Virus record (IMG/VR): IMGVR_UViG_3300002494_000025
Span: 32,001-96,000 of that record
Reading direction: 5' to 3' (one strand)
Source of the DNA: a virus
DNA: 64,000 nt
A program made the translations under genes and the position numbers. Positions 32,927-44,891 of the stretch are shown in pieces; the stretch's first letter is position 1; every line of letters starts with the position of its first letter. Under the pieces are notes generated by a model that worked only from the letters and a program-made list of their open reading frames with translations, had not been told where the DNA came from and ran no database searches.

Positions 32927-33970
32927 TTGATGTATGTAAAAATAAAAAGTATGGAGGTGGATGGTATGGGTATTTTCGATAGTTTAAATCAATTAAGGAT
33001 GGTGAGAAATATGGGTGAGAACAGTGGTAAGAAGACACGATACTATGACATTCTAAATGTTTATAACAATTCGATGATCCACATCGATAGAGATACTGGA
33101 GAAAAACAGATACTTGATAAAACGACTGTAGTTATATTCAACATTGACAAACCAATATATGTTACAAGAGTGATCACAACGTATCCACGTATTGTAACCC
33201 ATGAAATTATTGTAGACTCACTAACGGACGACGGTGGTTTTGAAAATTTGATGTCAAGAGATACGTTTAAGAAGTATTATAGTATCAAAAAGAGATATTT
33301 TAATACGATCCCCAAAGAAAATTGGAAAAAGTTTAATAAATCAGTAAGAACCGAATGGTATATGGTTATACCAGTTATCGTTGTAAAAAAAGGTGTTGAC
33401 AGACCCACATTAATGATTGTTAAGAATCAAAATATTATTAAAGCGTTTACTGGATTGGATTTGGATGAAACAAAATATAATTTGGCACTTGGGAAAAATT
33501 TCGATGGTGTCAAAGCAACACTTCTAATTACACTTGATATTAATGATCCACGTAACTTTTCATATACATATACCCCAAAATATAATGGATTTTTATCAAA
33601 TGTATATAACACAATCTCAACATCATATCCAATAGAATTGTACCAACAATCGTACGATGATTTTATCAGTTATGCAAAGAACAAGACACGTGAGAATAGA
33701 GATGAAATATTAGTTCAACTTGAGTACTATTTGAACGAAATAACAAATATGATGGAGTACGAAATCAAGAGATTCGAACAATCAAAATCAAAAGATGATA
33801 TTTTACAACAAACGGTAACCACAAACAGTAAAAAAGGACAAACTATGAAGATTGGTAATGTAAGTGAAGAAAGAAGAACACAATCTGATGATGAATTTGA
33901 TAAACTCCTTGAATCCTTAAACATTGATGTTTCAGATAATGAAAATGAAGATGATGAAATTCCGTTTTAA
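32927..33970 (+). CDS. Probable single-stranded DNA-binding protein (gp32-like position); start probably ATG at 32966
   Basis: Acidic C-terminus ending DDEIPF, directly upstream of the RecA/UvsX gene. Confidence 0.55.
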   Translation: MMYVKIKSMEVDGMGIFDSLNQLRMVRNMGENSGKKTRYYDILNVYNNSMIHIDRDTGEKQILDKTTVVIFNIDKPIYVTRVITTYPRIVTHEIIVDSLTDDGGFENLMSRDTFKKYYSIKKRYFNTIPKENWKKFNKSVRTEWYMVIPVIVVKKGVDRPTLMIVKNQNIIKAFTGLDLDETKYNLALGKNFDGVKATLLITLDINDPRNFSYTYTPKYNGFLSNVYNTISTSYPIELYQQSYDDFISYAKNKTRENRDEILVQLEYYLNEITNMMEYEIKRFEQSKSKDDILQQTVTTNSKKGQTMKIGNVSEERRTQSDDEFDKLLESLNIDVSDNENEDDEIPF

Positions 33971-33993
33971 TCATAAACAGGTATGGATGAGGG

Positions 33994-35187
33994 GTGGTGA
34001 TGATGGCAAGAAAAAAGAGTGAAGTTGAATTGAAAACCCATGAAAACTCTGGAATTTTAAAAATTTTTGAGGAAATAGCCAAAGAAACAAATGTGTCAGA
34101 GACTAATCTTATGGATGATATATTTGATACACCATTGACTGTGTTTAATGAACTCATTGGTGGTATTCCAAAGGGTAGGATTGTTAGTATTGCTTCCGAA
34201 CCAGGTGCAGGTAAAACTACACTACTAGTACAAACCATTTCACATCTACAAAAACACGAAACGTGTAATATTATCTACATAGACACAGAACAAAGTATGA
34301 GTAGGAGAAGATTCACAGAACTTGGACTCGATATTGATAAAATATTGTATGTTCAACCACAAACGTTGGAGGATACTTACACATTCATAATCAAAGTATT
34401 ACAACGAAAACAAGAACTTAATGACATGACACCTTTACTAATAGCATTTGACAGTGTCACTGCAACACCAACGAAAAAAGATATTCAACAATCCGACGAA
34501 ACTGATTTTCAACAACAAGTCGGGTACAGAGCAAGAATCAATTCTAAAGTAATACCGATCATACAAACGTATATATCAAAAACAAACACCACATTTTTGA
34601 TGATTAATCAACTGAGAAAAAATATTAATGTCGGATACAGTAGTTTCTTCACCCCACAAGATGAAATTGTTGGGGGATTGTCATTATTGTATTATTCTGC
34701 AATTGATCTTCGATTGTCGTCATCACTGTCAAATAAGAACAAACTACTAGAATCAAATGAAATAGATGGTAAACTTGTGTGGGCAAAGACAAAAAAGAAT
34801 CGTCTGATGACACCCATGATTGAATTTCCATTATTGTTGGATTACAAAAACGGATTTGACAATGATTTATCAAACCTTGCGTTTTTACTTGAGTTTGATG
34901 AGTACAGTAAAGATTATCTACAGACGGGGAGTTGGTATAGGATAAAAAATATCCTCACTGGTAAGGAGTATTCATTTAGGTTATCAGAGTATAAACAAAT
35001 GTGCACTGACAACCCTGAGTTTAGACAGACCGTTGATGATTTGGTGGTATACATATGTAGAAAAGAATTCAAGGGGTTGAAAGACGAGGTGATTGTTGAT
35101 GAACTTACCAACAGAAAACTTAAAGACACAAGAACAAGAATCAATAACGTAGTTGAAGAGGTTAGAACAGCAAATAATGAAAGTTGA
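33994..35187 (+). CDS. RecA/UvsX-like recombinase
   Basis: GGIPKGRIV, EPGAGKTT, YIDTE, FDSV, INQLR and KKNR motifs. Confidence 0.9.
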   Translation: MVMMARKKSEVELKTHENSGILKIFEEIAKETNVSETNLMDDIFDTPLTVFNELIGGIPKGRIVSIASEPGAGKTTLLVQTISHLQKHETCNIIYIDTEQSMSRRRFTELGLDIDKILYVQPQTLEDTYTFIIKVLQRKQELNDMTPLLIAFDSVTATPTKKDIQQSDETDFQQQVGYRARINSKVIPIIQTYISKTNTTFLMINQLRKNINVGYSSFFTPQDEIVGGLSLLYYSAIDLRLSSSLSNKNKLLESNEIDGKLVWAKTKKNRLMTPMIEFPLLLDYKNGFDNDLSNLAFLLEFDEYSKDYLQTGSWYRIKNILTGKEYSFRLSEYKQMCTDNPEFRQTVDDLVVYICRKEFKGLKDEVIVDELTNRKLKDTRTRINNVVEEVRTANNES

Positions 35188-35545
35188 TGAGTTGATTGAC
35201 AAACTATTGAGTGATATCTATGAAGTTGAAAAAAGAAATGAACCATATCTAAAGGGAGGAATCTTTTCTAAAATTCGACAATTAACGGAAACTAAATTGA
35301 ACCTGATGAACTAGTACAAAATATTAAAAGATGACAAACGATAGGACGAGATAAACAACTTAAAAGTGATAGAATTACAAAAAGAGCTAAATCTTATGGA
35401 CGAACAAAATCAGTCGGAAATAGAAAGGTCCTTGAAAGTAATATTCCCAGTATTGGACGATTTCGCAAGACATAGTAAAGTACATTAGGACTTGGTACGA
35501 GAGTTTATTGACTTTGTCATGAAGAAGCTAACATCATTACAATAA
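35177..35545 (+). CDS. Hypothetical helical protein; TAG-recoded
   Basis: ATG overlaps the recA-like 3' end. Open through 3 TAGs to TAA at 35543. Confidence 0.55.
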
Positions 35546-35655
35546 AAATGATAAAAATGTAAAAAAAATAATAACTGAACAACACAGATTTAAAAACTTA
35601 ATAATGACACACCACAATAAACTATACATTTAATTAGGAGGAGGAGTGATTTTTT

Positions 35656-35880
35656 ATGTCGATGGTTTACATATTGTTCATATTTAGATCTGGAAAAGTT
35701 TCAAAAATTAGTGTGGACCCAATACGGGTGGAAAATGTAATCAAACAATTAAGAAATTTCTTCTCCAAAGAACAAACGGGTGATAACAGATACTTGATTA
35801 TTGAAGATGAAAACAAGACATTTTTTGTAGATTTGAGTGATGTTTCTGCGATTGAAGTTATGAAGTATGAAACAAAGTAA
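35656..35880 (+). CDS. Hypothetical protein
   Basis: Strong AGGAGGAGG RBS. Confidence 0.65.
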   Translation: MSMVYILFIFRSGKVSKISVDPIRVENVIKQLRNFFSKEQTGDNRYLIIEDENKTFFVDLSDVSAIEVMKYETK

Positions 35881-35916
35881 ATAAAAGTAAATAAGTAAAG
35901 AGGGGAGTGATGTAGT

Positions 35917-36723
35917 ATGAAATTTCAAGTCAAAGGATTGGAAACTGAAGTTATCGTTGAGTTACCATCAAAAAATATTTTCTACGGTCTTCCACAAGAT
36001 TTAAGAGTTAAGGTTCGCCCAATGACAGTGAAGGAGCAGAAGACAATGTTGTCTATGAACGGTAACAACGTAGAGGATGTGATAAACTCAATTATATTTG
36101 CATGCTGCAAGTATGAAGATGGACGACCATTACCACAGGATTTGTTAATTGCAGATAGAGACTTTTTACTTAATGAAGTTAGAAAAATCACATACGGTTC
36201 TGATATTCAGTTAACATACACATGTGATAAATGTAATACAGAAAATAAAATACATTATGATCTAAACATGCTTGATACAATATCAATACCCGAAGATTTC
36301 AGAATTGAAGATTTACAATATACATCACAACACATAACAGATGAAGAAGGAAATCCAGTAGTATTCCAATTCATATTCCCCACAATTACAACAGTTAAAC
36401 AACAGAGCATGCTTTCTAAAAATAAACGTGACATTTTGATATATACCAGCATCGTATCGAATATATATGGTATTGTTGTAACTGAAGTTGGTGAGGATGG
36501 AAAGGTCACAAAAACAGTTAAACAGTTGAGTCTTGAAGATAAGAAGAATCTTCTTGAAGTACTTATGCAAACACCTGCAATTGAGATTACGAATATGTTA
36601 ACCTTTATGAAAGAACATTCTTTTGATGGTATACAAAAGTCTGTGTCATTCACATGTTCCAATTGTGGTACTGATAACGATGTTGTCATTATAAATCAAG
36701 ATTACTTTTTTCCTATTAGATGA
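35917..36723 (+). CDS. Baseplate hub assembly protein (T4 gp26-like)
   Basis: RPMTVKEQK, DLLIADRDFLL..R..YG, two CxxC motifs, ends with FF. Confidence 0.7.
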   Translation: MKFQVKGLETEVIVELPSKNIFYGLPQDLRVKVRPMTVKEQKTMLSMNGNNVEDVINSIIFACCKYEDGRPLPQDLLIADRDFLLNEVRKITYGSDIQLTYTCDKCNTENKIHYDLNMLDTISIPEDFRIEDLQYTSQHITDEEGNPVVFQFIFPTITTVKQQSMLSKNKRDILIYTSIVSNIYGIVVTEVGEDGKVTKTVKQLSLEDKKNLLEVLMQTPAIEITNMLTFMKEHSFDGIQKSVSFTCSNCGTDNDVVIINQDYFFPIR

Positions 36724-36994
36724 GAGGAATTCGGAAATATAGGCAAAACAATTTCATGAACTACTTACAATGCAGTTACAGTTGTAGTAGAAATATCATG
36801 TTTAGATTTCAGATACAGATAATATGAGTTTATTCGAATTTCAAACGTTATATAAAATATTTGTTGATTTTGTAAAAGCAGAAGAAGAAGAAATGAAAAA
36901 AGTGGAAAACAAAATTAATCAATCAAACAAGTCAAACAAACTGACACTTACAAATCCGTTACCAACAAAATTATTTGATCGTTTGGAGATGTGA
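36707..36994 (+). CDS. T4 gp51-like baseplate assembly ORF in the +1 frame of the gp26-like gene; TAG-recoded
   Basis: QLQL**KYHV*ISDTDNMSLFEFQTLY resembles gp51 family proteins. No convincing start/RBS of its own. Confidence 0.5.
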
Positions 36995-36998
36995 TGTA

Positions 36999-37178
36999 AT
37001 GTATATCGAAAAGCCACAAGTGTTGAATTATAGATAGTACACTAAAAATATAATTGATAAATCAAACTTATATATGTATTATTTAAAAAAAATTAAGCAA
37101 TAGTCACGTATGAATAATTTGAGTAGTTATGTCAAATATTTGCATCGAAGTGTTGGACAATTATTACGTATTAAATAA
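36999..37178 (+). CDS. Small basic hypothetical protein; TAG-recoded
   Basis: Fills the gap between genes. ATG at 36999, two TAGs, TAA at 37176. Confidence 0.4.
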
Positions 37179-37193
37179 GTGGAGGTGAGTTAA

Positions 37194-37685
37194 ATGGGTA
37201 AAGATTTTAGAAATAAGCTGTGGCGGATACTTGAATCAGACGAAGCCGTTGATGAAGTTGTTGATAAAGAACCAAATGATGTGGATGAAGAAGACAAACT
37301 TGAAGTGTTAACTCAGAAACTTGATGAAATATTGAACAAACTTGAGGAAGTACTTAAACTCGAACAGACAAAAGATGAATCTGAGGAAATTACTGAAGAG
37401 GAAACTACTGAAGAGGAAACTACTGAAGAGGAAACTGATGATGAAAATGAAAAAGAATCTGTACAAGAAATGAGACAAAGAATTAGAGAAAAATTAAGAA
37501 AGAAAATGTTAAGAGAAGCTCTTGAACATGCACTTTTTGAAGCAAAAATGAAAAAGAAGTGGACTGACTTTGAGAAAAAGGTTGAAAAAGTGAATACAAT
37601 AAAGGAAAACCTTGATGACGAAGAATTGGAAGACATTGTAAGAAAACTCAAAAATGAGATCAAAAAAAGATTGAGAAGAAGATAA
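37194..37685 (+). CDS. Highly charged protein, possible prohead core/scaffold
   Basis: Glu/Lys-rich with a 15-bp TEEET repeat near 37392-37436, located next to the prohead protease. Confidence 0.5.
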   Translation: MGKDFRNKLWRILESDEAVDEVVDKEPNDVDEEDKLEVLTQKLDEILNKLEEVLKLEQTKDESEEITEEETTEEETTEEETDDENEKESVQEMRQRIREKLRKKMLREALEHALFEAKMKKKWTDFEKKVEKVNTIKENLDDEELEDIVRKLKNEIKKRLRRR

Positions 37686-37698
37686 AATTGAAAAGTAA

Positions 37699-37736
37699 AA
37701 CACCCCTGGGATAAATTTCTCAGGGGTGTTTTTTTT
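37699..37736. terminator. Bidirectional intrinsic terminator
   Basis: aacacccctg..caggggtgtt followed by a T run. Confidence 0.75.
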
Positions 37737-37737
37737 C

Positions 37738-38373
37738 TTATTTATGTTTTAATTTTGAACGTTTTAGTTTCTCAATATATGTTTTTAACACATATTCTTC
37801 AAAACTATTCAGTTTACCACGGTTTTCCAATTTCTTTAAATAATTAACACTTTCAGTAATAACATACTATTTGTCAAATCCCGGAATTGATACTACATCA
37901 AAAGTAATAATATCGAATGTATCAGGAACTACATATATAACACTTTTACCACTTATATATTTTTCTTCAACATCACCTAGAGCTCTCAATGAAATACCAA
38001 CTGATACTTTTGAATTTAACAATTCTTGTAGTATGACACCATTTGGAGTATTAAGTGGAACAAATGATCCATATATTATTTTATCTTTTAATTCCAGATT
38101 CGTAATAAGATGTGATACTTCAGTCAGTTTGATGTACTACATACGATTTGGATCATTTGTTTCTGGATGGTCGAGTTCTCCCATCAGTCTCTTCTATTCA
38201 ATTTCTTTTTGTAATCTTGGATAGTTTCTTGTAAAACATTCTTTTGGATAGTACCTGTTATTGTTATTTACGGTTTCAAGTAACATAAAGATCTATTTAT
38301 ACTTTTTTCCATTTGTTCCATCTATACTTGACTATCCCATGTTTTCAACTATGACAGTGTGTCTGTTTGGCAT
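37738..38373 (-). CDS. Prohead protease (T4 gp21-like); TAG-recoded
   Basis: NNNNRYYP, GELDHP, VSHLIT, TPNG and GISLRALG motifs appear only with TAG readthrough. Missing from the ORF track. Confidence 0.85.
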
Positions 38374-38396
38374 TGGTTACACCCCCAATTGATATA

Positions 38397-40121
38397 TTAT
38401 CTTTGTAAGAACGTTATGTAGTTATTTATATTACTAATGAGTGTTAAATCGAACACTGGAATTTGATATTCTGGTATTCTTACGACTTTTAATGGGTAGT
38501 TAGAAGTATTCGTATGTAAATACAAATCAATTGATTTTATCCCGTTAAGGGATGAATATAGTTGTTTTTGTATATTGTACTATGAAATTTCAATATACTT
38601 TAAGACTTTAGATTTTTGTAATTCCATATTTAAGTTTATCAACAGGTCTGAAATTGTTTTCACCATTTCTTGTTGTTTAACATATTCTGGTATGTATTCT
38701 ATAGTTCCTGTTAAGTACAGTAAGATTTCTTGCTATTCTTGTACAGACACGATAGTTCCAAATGGGACTATTTTTGAGAAATAGTTTTTAATGATTTGTA
38801 TATAATCATTCTTTCTGTTTTGAGAAATGTTATCAATAAACTTTACATATATTGTAATCAGGTTTGAGTATATTGTGTTATCATGTACGATCGTGTATCT
38901 AAAGTTTATATCGTTGAGGAATGTGTTTCCAAGATATTCCATGTGATTGTTGAAGTCGTCTTTAGTAATCTAGTAACCAAATGTACGGTTAACACGAGTT
39001 GCGTTTAGAATGTATGTATCCAAACTTTCTCTGTTTTTTCCATTTGTAATGTCTTCATGTGATATGTACGGTTGGTAGTAATAAATCATATTTGGGATTT
39101 CGGTATCTGTATATGTACCATACAACAAATTGTAAATGTCATTTTTATTTTTATCATTTAAATTTGTATTTACCATGTTATTTTCATCAATATTTACATA
39201 TCTGAAAACACCCTGGTTATCGATGTATTCAATGTACAGATTATACGATATTAGGTTTAACGAGTTTCTTTCAACGTTACCACCAACGCCATATGTAACG
39301 TAGTATGTTATTTCAACAGTGTAATTTTTTGGTTGTTTGTAGTTGAAAATATCCAACTATATTAATGAAAATGTTTCATTACGTTCAGAATAATTAATTA
39401 AAAAGTAATATTTATATTCATTTTCCTTTTTTAATTCCAATTCTTCGTACAATTCAAAAATATTTTTCTATACCTTTGCAGGATACCAGTGTTCGTTATC
39501 GAACGTTACCCGCTAAGTTATTGTATCCGGTAATAGATACTAACCAGTTGGTATTGACTGTATGATTTTTTGTTCCACATAGTTACTACCACTGAATTCG
39601 AAGTAATCAGTTATTTTTTGTATTTGACTAACTGTAACTGGAAATGTGATTGAGTAGTTATTATCAATAATTGTTTGGGAGTCAACGGTGATATCCTATG
39701 TATCAATTTGGGTATATTCGATGTTTTGGTTTTTACTATATGACAACAACAAATTTGATAGTTTGATATTTACATATGAACCCGGGTTAAGGGTAAGTGA
39801 TGATGTTATATCCCCACTGTTGTATAATTGTGGGTTCGGGAAATAAATTGTAACATAGATGTTTGATGTTGGTGGAAACTACCACAATCTATCGTGTGGG
39901 TATAAATCTAGTATAGAATGAACATTTTCGGGATCAGTTGCACTATCGATAAATTGTTCGTTGAACTAAACATCTATGGATTCGTTTAAGAATGTCTATA
40001 GATAAACGATCTATGATACCAATGAATTAATTGCAGATGATTTTGATGTATCTAAATTTGGGTATTGGTTTTTCAATGATACTAAAAGTTCTTCTTTGAT
40101 TTTATCTGGTGTTATATTCAT
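38397..40121 (-). CDS. Baseplate wedge protein (T4 gp6-like); TAG-recoded
   Basis: N-terminal NEQFIDSA and YYVTYGVGGN..GKNRES motifs. ORF-track pieces starting at 39356 and 38942 are in the same frame. Confidence 0.7.
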
Positions 40122-40140
40122 TGTGTTCACCCCTTACATG

Positions 40141-41400
40141 TTATAGTAAATATAATTTTGAATTGGATTGGACAGTAAGTTCATTTATTGTGTTTAATAA
40201 TTGGGTTTTTATTTCATTAGATAAATTAGAATTATTAACCAGGGTTGTTAAAACCGATTTAAGATTGTTAACAAATTCATTCAAATCTTTTTTACGTACA
40301 ATCTAATATTCATTCATTGCATCGTTTAACTTGTTAGTTGTTAACATGAATTTATAATTGTTGTCATTTGAGTAAACTGAAAATTTGTTAACTTTTAGAG
40401 AGTACTCATGTGTATCTATGTATATACAATGCTATTGTTGGTTATAGTTTTCGGATGACATGTTTATAGTGTCCTATGAAATACCAACGGAATTCGTCTA
40501 TTTCATCTAAAAGGTATTTGTTGTAAAACTAACACTTTGAGTATTACTGTTGAGTGTGTTTGTATTGAGAGTAATATTATTTTGCTATTTTATTTCCTAT
40601 GTATTACCGTTTGTTGTTATTGTATTAGATATAAGGTTAATTGAGTTTGTTGATGATAAAGTTTTATCTGTATCGTTGACAATTTTTCTTAATGTTTCCG
40701 TGATATTTTTACTTTGGTCGAAAATAATATCACCTGTAACTTCTAAATTACCATACAACTTTAAGGTGGTATTGTTGGTTTCAATAGATACTTTATTTAA
40801 TGTAAAAGATGCACTGTTGGTATTGACTACAAAAAGATTATTTGCGAACTTATACTTCATCAGTTCATTTTTATCGTCAAATATCAAATTGTGTTTTTGT
40901 GTTCTTAAAGTTAAACCATTCAATTGTATGTTTGGATTGTCATAAATCTATAAATATCTTGTGAATGTAGGATTACCAAAATAATATACACGATTAAAAT
41001 TTTGTTCTACCACGTCTTTACCAAAATCCAAATTGTTGTGAATGTTGTTAATAGTTTTTCCATCAGAAATGAATATATTGAACGGTATGTAATAGAAATC
41101 GTTATCATAGGTAAGTCTCAGTACCACAACATAGTCATTGATTTGTGGAATGGTGATGAGATTACCCAACAATGGTTTAACAAGAATACCGTCGTTTGTG
41201 TTTGAACACAGTTTATGGATATAAACTGTGATACAACCGACACAGTACAATTGTTTGTCAAGGTTATTATTAATAACTCTACCAATGTACACATTGTCGA
41301 TTTTGTAGAATGTACTATCATTAAAAATATTTTTAACATCATCATTAAAGTTGTAGATTTGGTTTATGTAATACTGGAAATCGAAATCCAGATTTGACAT
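40141..41400 (-). CDS. Baseplate spike/gp5-like OB-fold plus beta-rich protein; TAG-recoded
   Basis: YIGRVINN..IPQINDYVVV N-domain. Frame stays open across TAGs to TAA at 40141-40143. Confidence 0.65.
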
Positions 41401-41417
41401 TTATATCACCTTTTACA

Positions 41418-42239
41418 TTATAGTGATATCTTTTTAATATTAACGTTATTAACATTTGTAAACATTTTGGCCATATTGATTATGATATTGAACAACCTAC
41501 TGATGTGTTTAAAGTCGAAGTTTAGTTGTGCGAGATATAAATCGTAGAATACACTGTTTTTCAACATTTTGTTGAGTTCATCTTCGTTTATATCAACGGG
41601 TTTTATATCTGACATATCTGAGTCTTCTTGGTTTAAATTAAAATTAAAATCTGTGTTTGTGTTATAAACATCGGGTGTATTTTGTATATTTTGTTGTGTA
41701 TTTAACTAATCAGTGGATGAAGGATCAATAGAAATACCACCCGGAGTTTCTGTTAATTCCGGTTCATTGACGGTTACATTATCTTTGTTTTTTGTTTCAT
41801 CATCTTCAATGATTATGTTGATTAAATTGTTCATTGCCATGTCAAATTTGATTCTTTCAAGAATGTATTTGTCTATTTGTTTTGGTTTCTTTTTTTCAGT
41901 AGTTGTTTTAACAGTTTGTTTAATGCTTTGTTGAAACAATATTTGTTTATATGATTGATTTAAAATTTTTAAATATGAAATTATATAACCCAAATCATCA
42001 AAATATTTGTTTATTTGGGTTCTGTACAACGATAAAAAAAGAATAGATGATTTGTAACTTAGTAATACTCGTTGTAACATTTCCAAATCTATGATAATGG
42101 TATCAAGGTCATTTGTTAAAAAACACTTGATGAAATCGTACAGTAGTTGTGTTGTTTGTGTTTCATCATTTATGTCGATTTCTAATATTTGTTTAAAAAA
42201 ATCCACTATTGTGTATGTTTGATTGTTTTTTGGTTTCAT
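41418..42239 (-). CDS. Hypothetical protein; one internal TAG
   Basis: GGGAGTG RBS before ATG at 42239. Joins two ORF-track pieces across TAG at 41706. Confidence 0.6.
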
Positions 42240-42332
42240 CGATGTCACACTCCCATAAAAAGTTTTCAATATTAAGTTTGAAACAAAATCATAAACTTAA
42301 ATATGAAAATAAATACTGATTGGGTGGTGTAA

Positions 42333-42758
42333 ATGGGGTTATTTAAATTTGTTGATCTTTTTGGTAATCAAATAGATGTATTTATGGATAAAATTGAAAA
42401 TGGTATCGATAAATTTGGTAACTATCTGGACAATTTAATAGGTAAACAAATTTTTATAGGACAACAACAAATCTTATCTGAATTGACAACACAACGTTCA
42501 ACAATAAGTAAACAATCAGAAACTGAACTTAAAGCATATATAACCAAAGAATCACAACCTGAAAATGTTACACAATTCGTCGATTCGGAATTTGATAATG
42601 AATTAGAGGAATCATTGAATTATCTGGGTATTCAATTACCAACAACAAACATAAATACACATGATGTTGATGATTATGTCATGCTGGGTGGGGATGAGTA
42701 TGATGAAGATGAAGAAGATGAAAATCAAGACTTTCTTAACTTAATTTTAGGTGAATAA
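42333..42758 (+). CDS. Hypothetical acidic protein
   Basis: GGGTGG RBS and AAACTTA upstream. Confidence 0.65.
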   Translation: MGLFKFVDLFGNQIDVFMDKIENGIDKFGNYLDNLIGKQIFIGQQQILSELTTQRSTISKQSETELKAYITKESQPENVTQFVDSEFDNELEESLNYLGIQLPTTNINTHDVDDYVMLGGDEYDEDEEDENQDFLNLILGE

Positions 42759-42786
42759 ATTGAGTTATCAATAAGGGGGTTATATA

Positions 42787-44064
42787 ATGTAGAAAGTGTT
42801 AACAAACATAAATAGTATCCAAAATATTGAAAGAACGAATCAAAACGAAATTACCATTACAACAGAATCTTCAAAATCAATACGATACAAATTTAATGTG
42901 GATACAAATAAAATACCCAACGGTAAAACATAGGTTGGGTTGTATCGAGATATTATCGAAAATGTTGAGACGGGGGATGTGGATGTAATTCAGGATCATA
43001 ACGATATTACAGATTTATTTGTAAAACACTTGATATATCGTCTATTTATAAATAACGGTATTACTGAAACTGTTGATTATGACAGATATTTCAACATACC
43101 ATAGGATTCATAGTTTCTTAGTATGATAAAACCATACAAATAGACCTCCGAATCTGAATTTATATTACCACTTTCAAAATATCTTGGTATTCATTCCTGG
43201 GAAGTGGGTATTGGACATGAGAGTTGGGATTCTCCACAAAATTTGTATGGATTTACATATAACGAATATGGTTTTCCAATACGTGTCACAACTGGTTCGG
43301 GTGGTTCTAGTACATATGTACCACATTCCTCCCTTCAAATTTATAAGGATACAATTAAAAAATATCATAGTGTGAATGATTTGTAGTACAATGACACAAA
43401 TATTACACACCATAACTCGTTAATTTGTAGAATTCCACCACAATTGTTACAATATGGAAATTTTTATCAAATTAGTAGTACTCAAAAAACATATTCGTTG
43501 TATTCGTACCGTAAACCAGTTCAGGTATTTTTTGTTTTACCTACACAGTATTTACTTGATGATAATACTGTTGTTACCGATCCAATTACAATTTTAAACA
43601 AACTGAAAACAGGAGAGTATGTTACTGAACGCGTAATTGAGTGGTTACCGTATACGGGAAATAATGTACTCTATGGTATAAGTAATACGTTGATAAATCA
43701 GATGAAGGTCAGTTACATCATACCTGAATTCATAATGGTGCAATAGATTTTTGAACCATTTGAGGCAAACTTTACATGGAGAGAATTTGGTGTATTGGCA
43801 GGATTTAACACATTTGTCAGTACAAGTGGTACTACAAATCTTAACACAATTGAAACGGAAGAAAATGAACCAAATGCAAGTTTGATGGCATGGATGAAAC
43901 ATAACAATGTAAATACGACAATCTCTGAATTCCACCCACTTGTGTATCCAAGAGGTACTTTTATCGATTACAAAGTTCATAAAGCAATAAACAAAACAAG
44001 AAATATGCGAATTACAAGACAAATAATCTTTGGAATTCTCAATATATCGTCACAATTGTTATGA
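42787..44064 (+). CDS. Probable baseplate/tail structural protein; TAG-recoded (begins ATG TAG)
   Basis: AAGGGGG RBS. ORF-track pieces 43204, 43444 and 43795 are in one frame. FTWREFGVL motif. Confidence 0.6.
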
Positions 44065-44085
44065 TTAAAATGGGGGTGTATTAGG

Positions 44086-44877
44086 ATGATAAAGACATAT
44101 TTAGTATCAATGCATGGACAAATTCAGACTCAAGGAGGTGTAAAATATCCTGGTTTGTACAATATAATTGGACAGTCAGGTAACGATGAGGTACTTACTT
44201 CGTTACTAAATGATAATAACCCGCAATCTTTTGTGTCAACACTAAAGTCAATAAATTCCACATTAACTACAAATAGAGGTATATCACCAATAAGATTTAA
44301 GTTATAGGATAACGATGAATACGATTTAAGTTATCCTCTTGCCATACCATCATAGTAGAATGTTACATATTATTCGTTTCGGAAATAGTTGAAACTTTTA
44401 TTTACTTCGGATGTTTAGTCTGAACCACAAACAATCACCATAAAGAATTTAAGATTTTATGTTGATACTGGTTATACGGTAACAGATTCCAGTGGTAGAC
44501 AGATTCAAACTATTGGAGAAGGTATTAAATTACAAGTACGTACGTCTGTAAAATATATTCCACCATCAGTGGATGATGTTACAAACGGGTTAAATACTCA
44601 AGAAGACAACAATACATAGAATCAAACAAGTCCGTTAGAAGACTAGTTGACGTTTACTGTAAATAATCCACTGATGTTAACTAGTAATAATGTTGTATGG
44701 ACAAGTAACAACCTAAATTCACAAGTTACCGGTAACACTGAAAGTGAAAAATTGTAGAGTTTTACTCAGAAATGGTTTGGTACACAACCATATGTTTACT
44801 TAACTGTTGGATTATCGTCAAATGCAACACCAAAAAACTATTCATTTACTATTTACTTTGTATACGATGAAATCTAA
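44086..44877 (+). CDS. Probable virion structural protein; TAG-recoded
   Basis: GGGGGTG RBS. Open through TAGs to TAA at 44875. Confidence 0.6.
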
Positions 44878-44891
44878 TCGATGGGGGGTAT

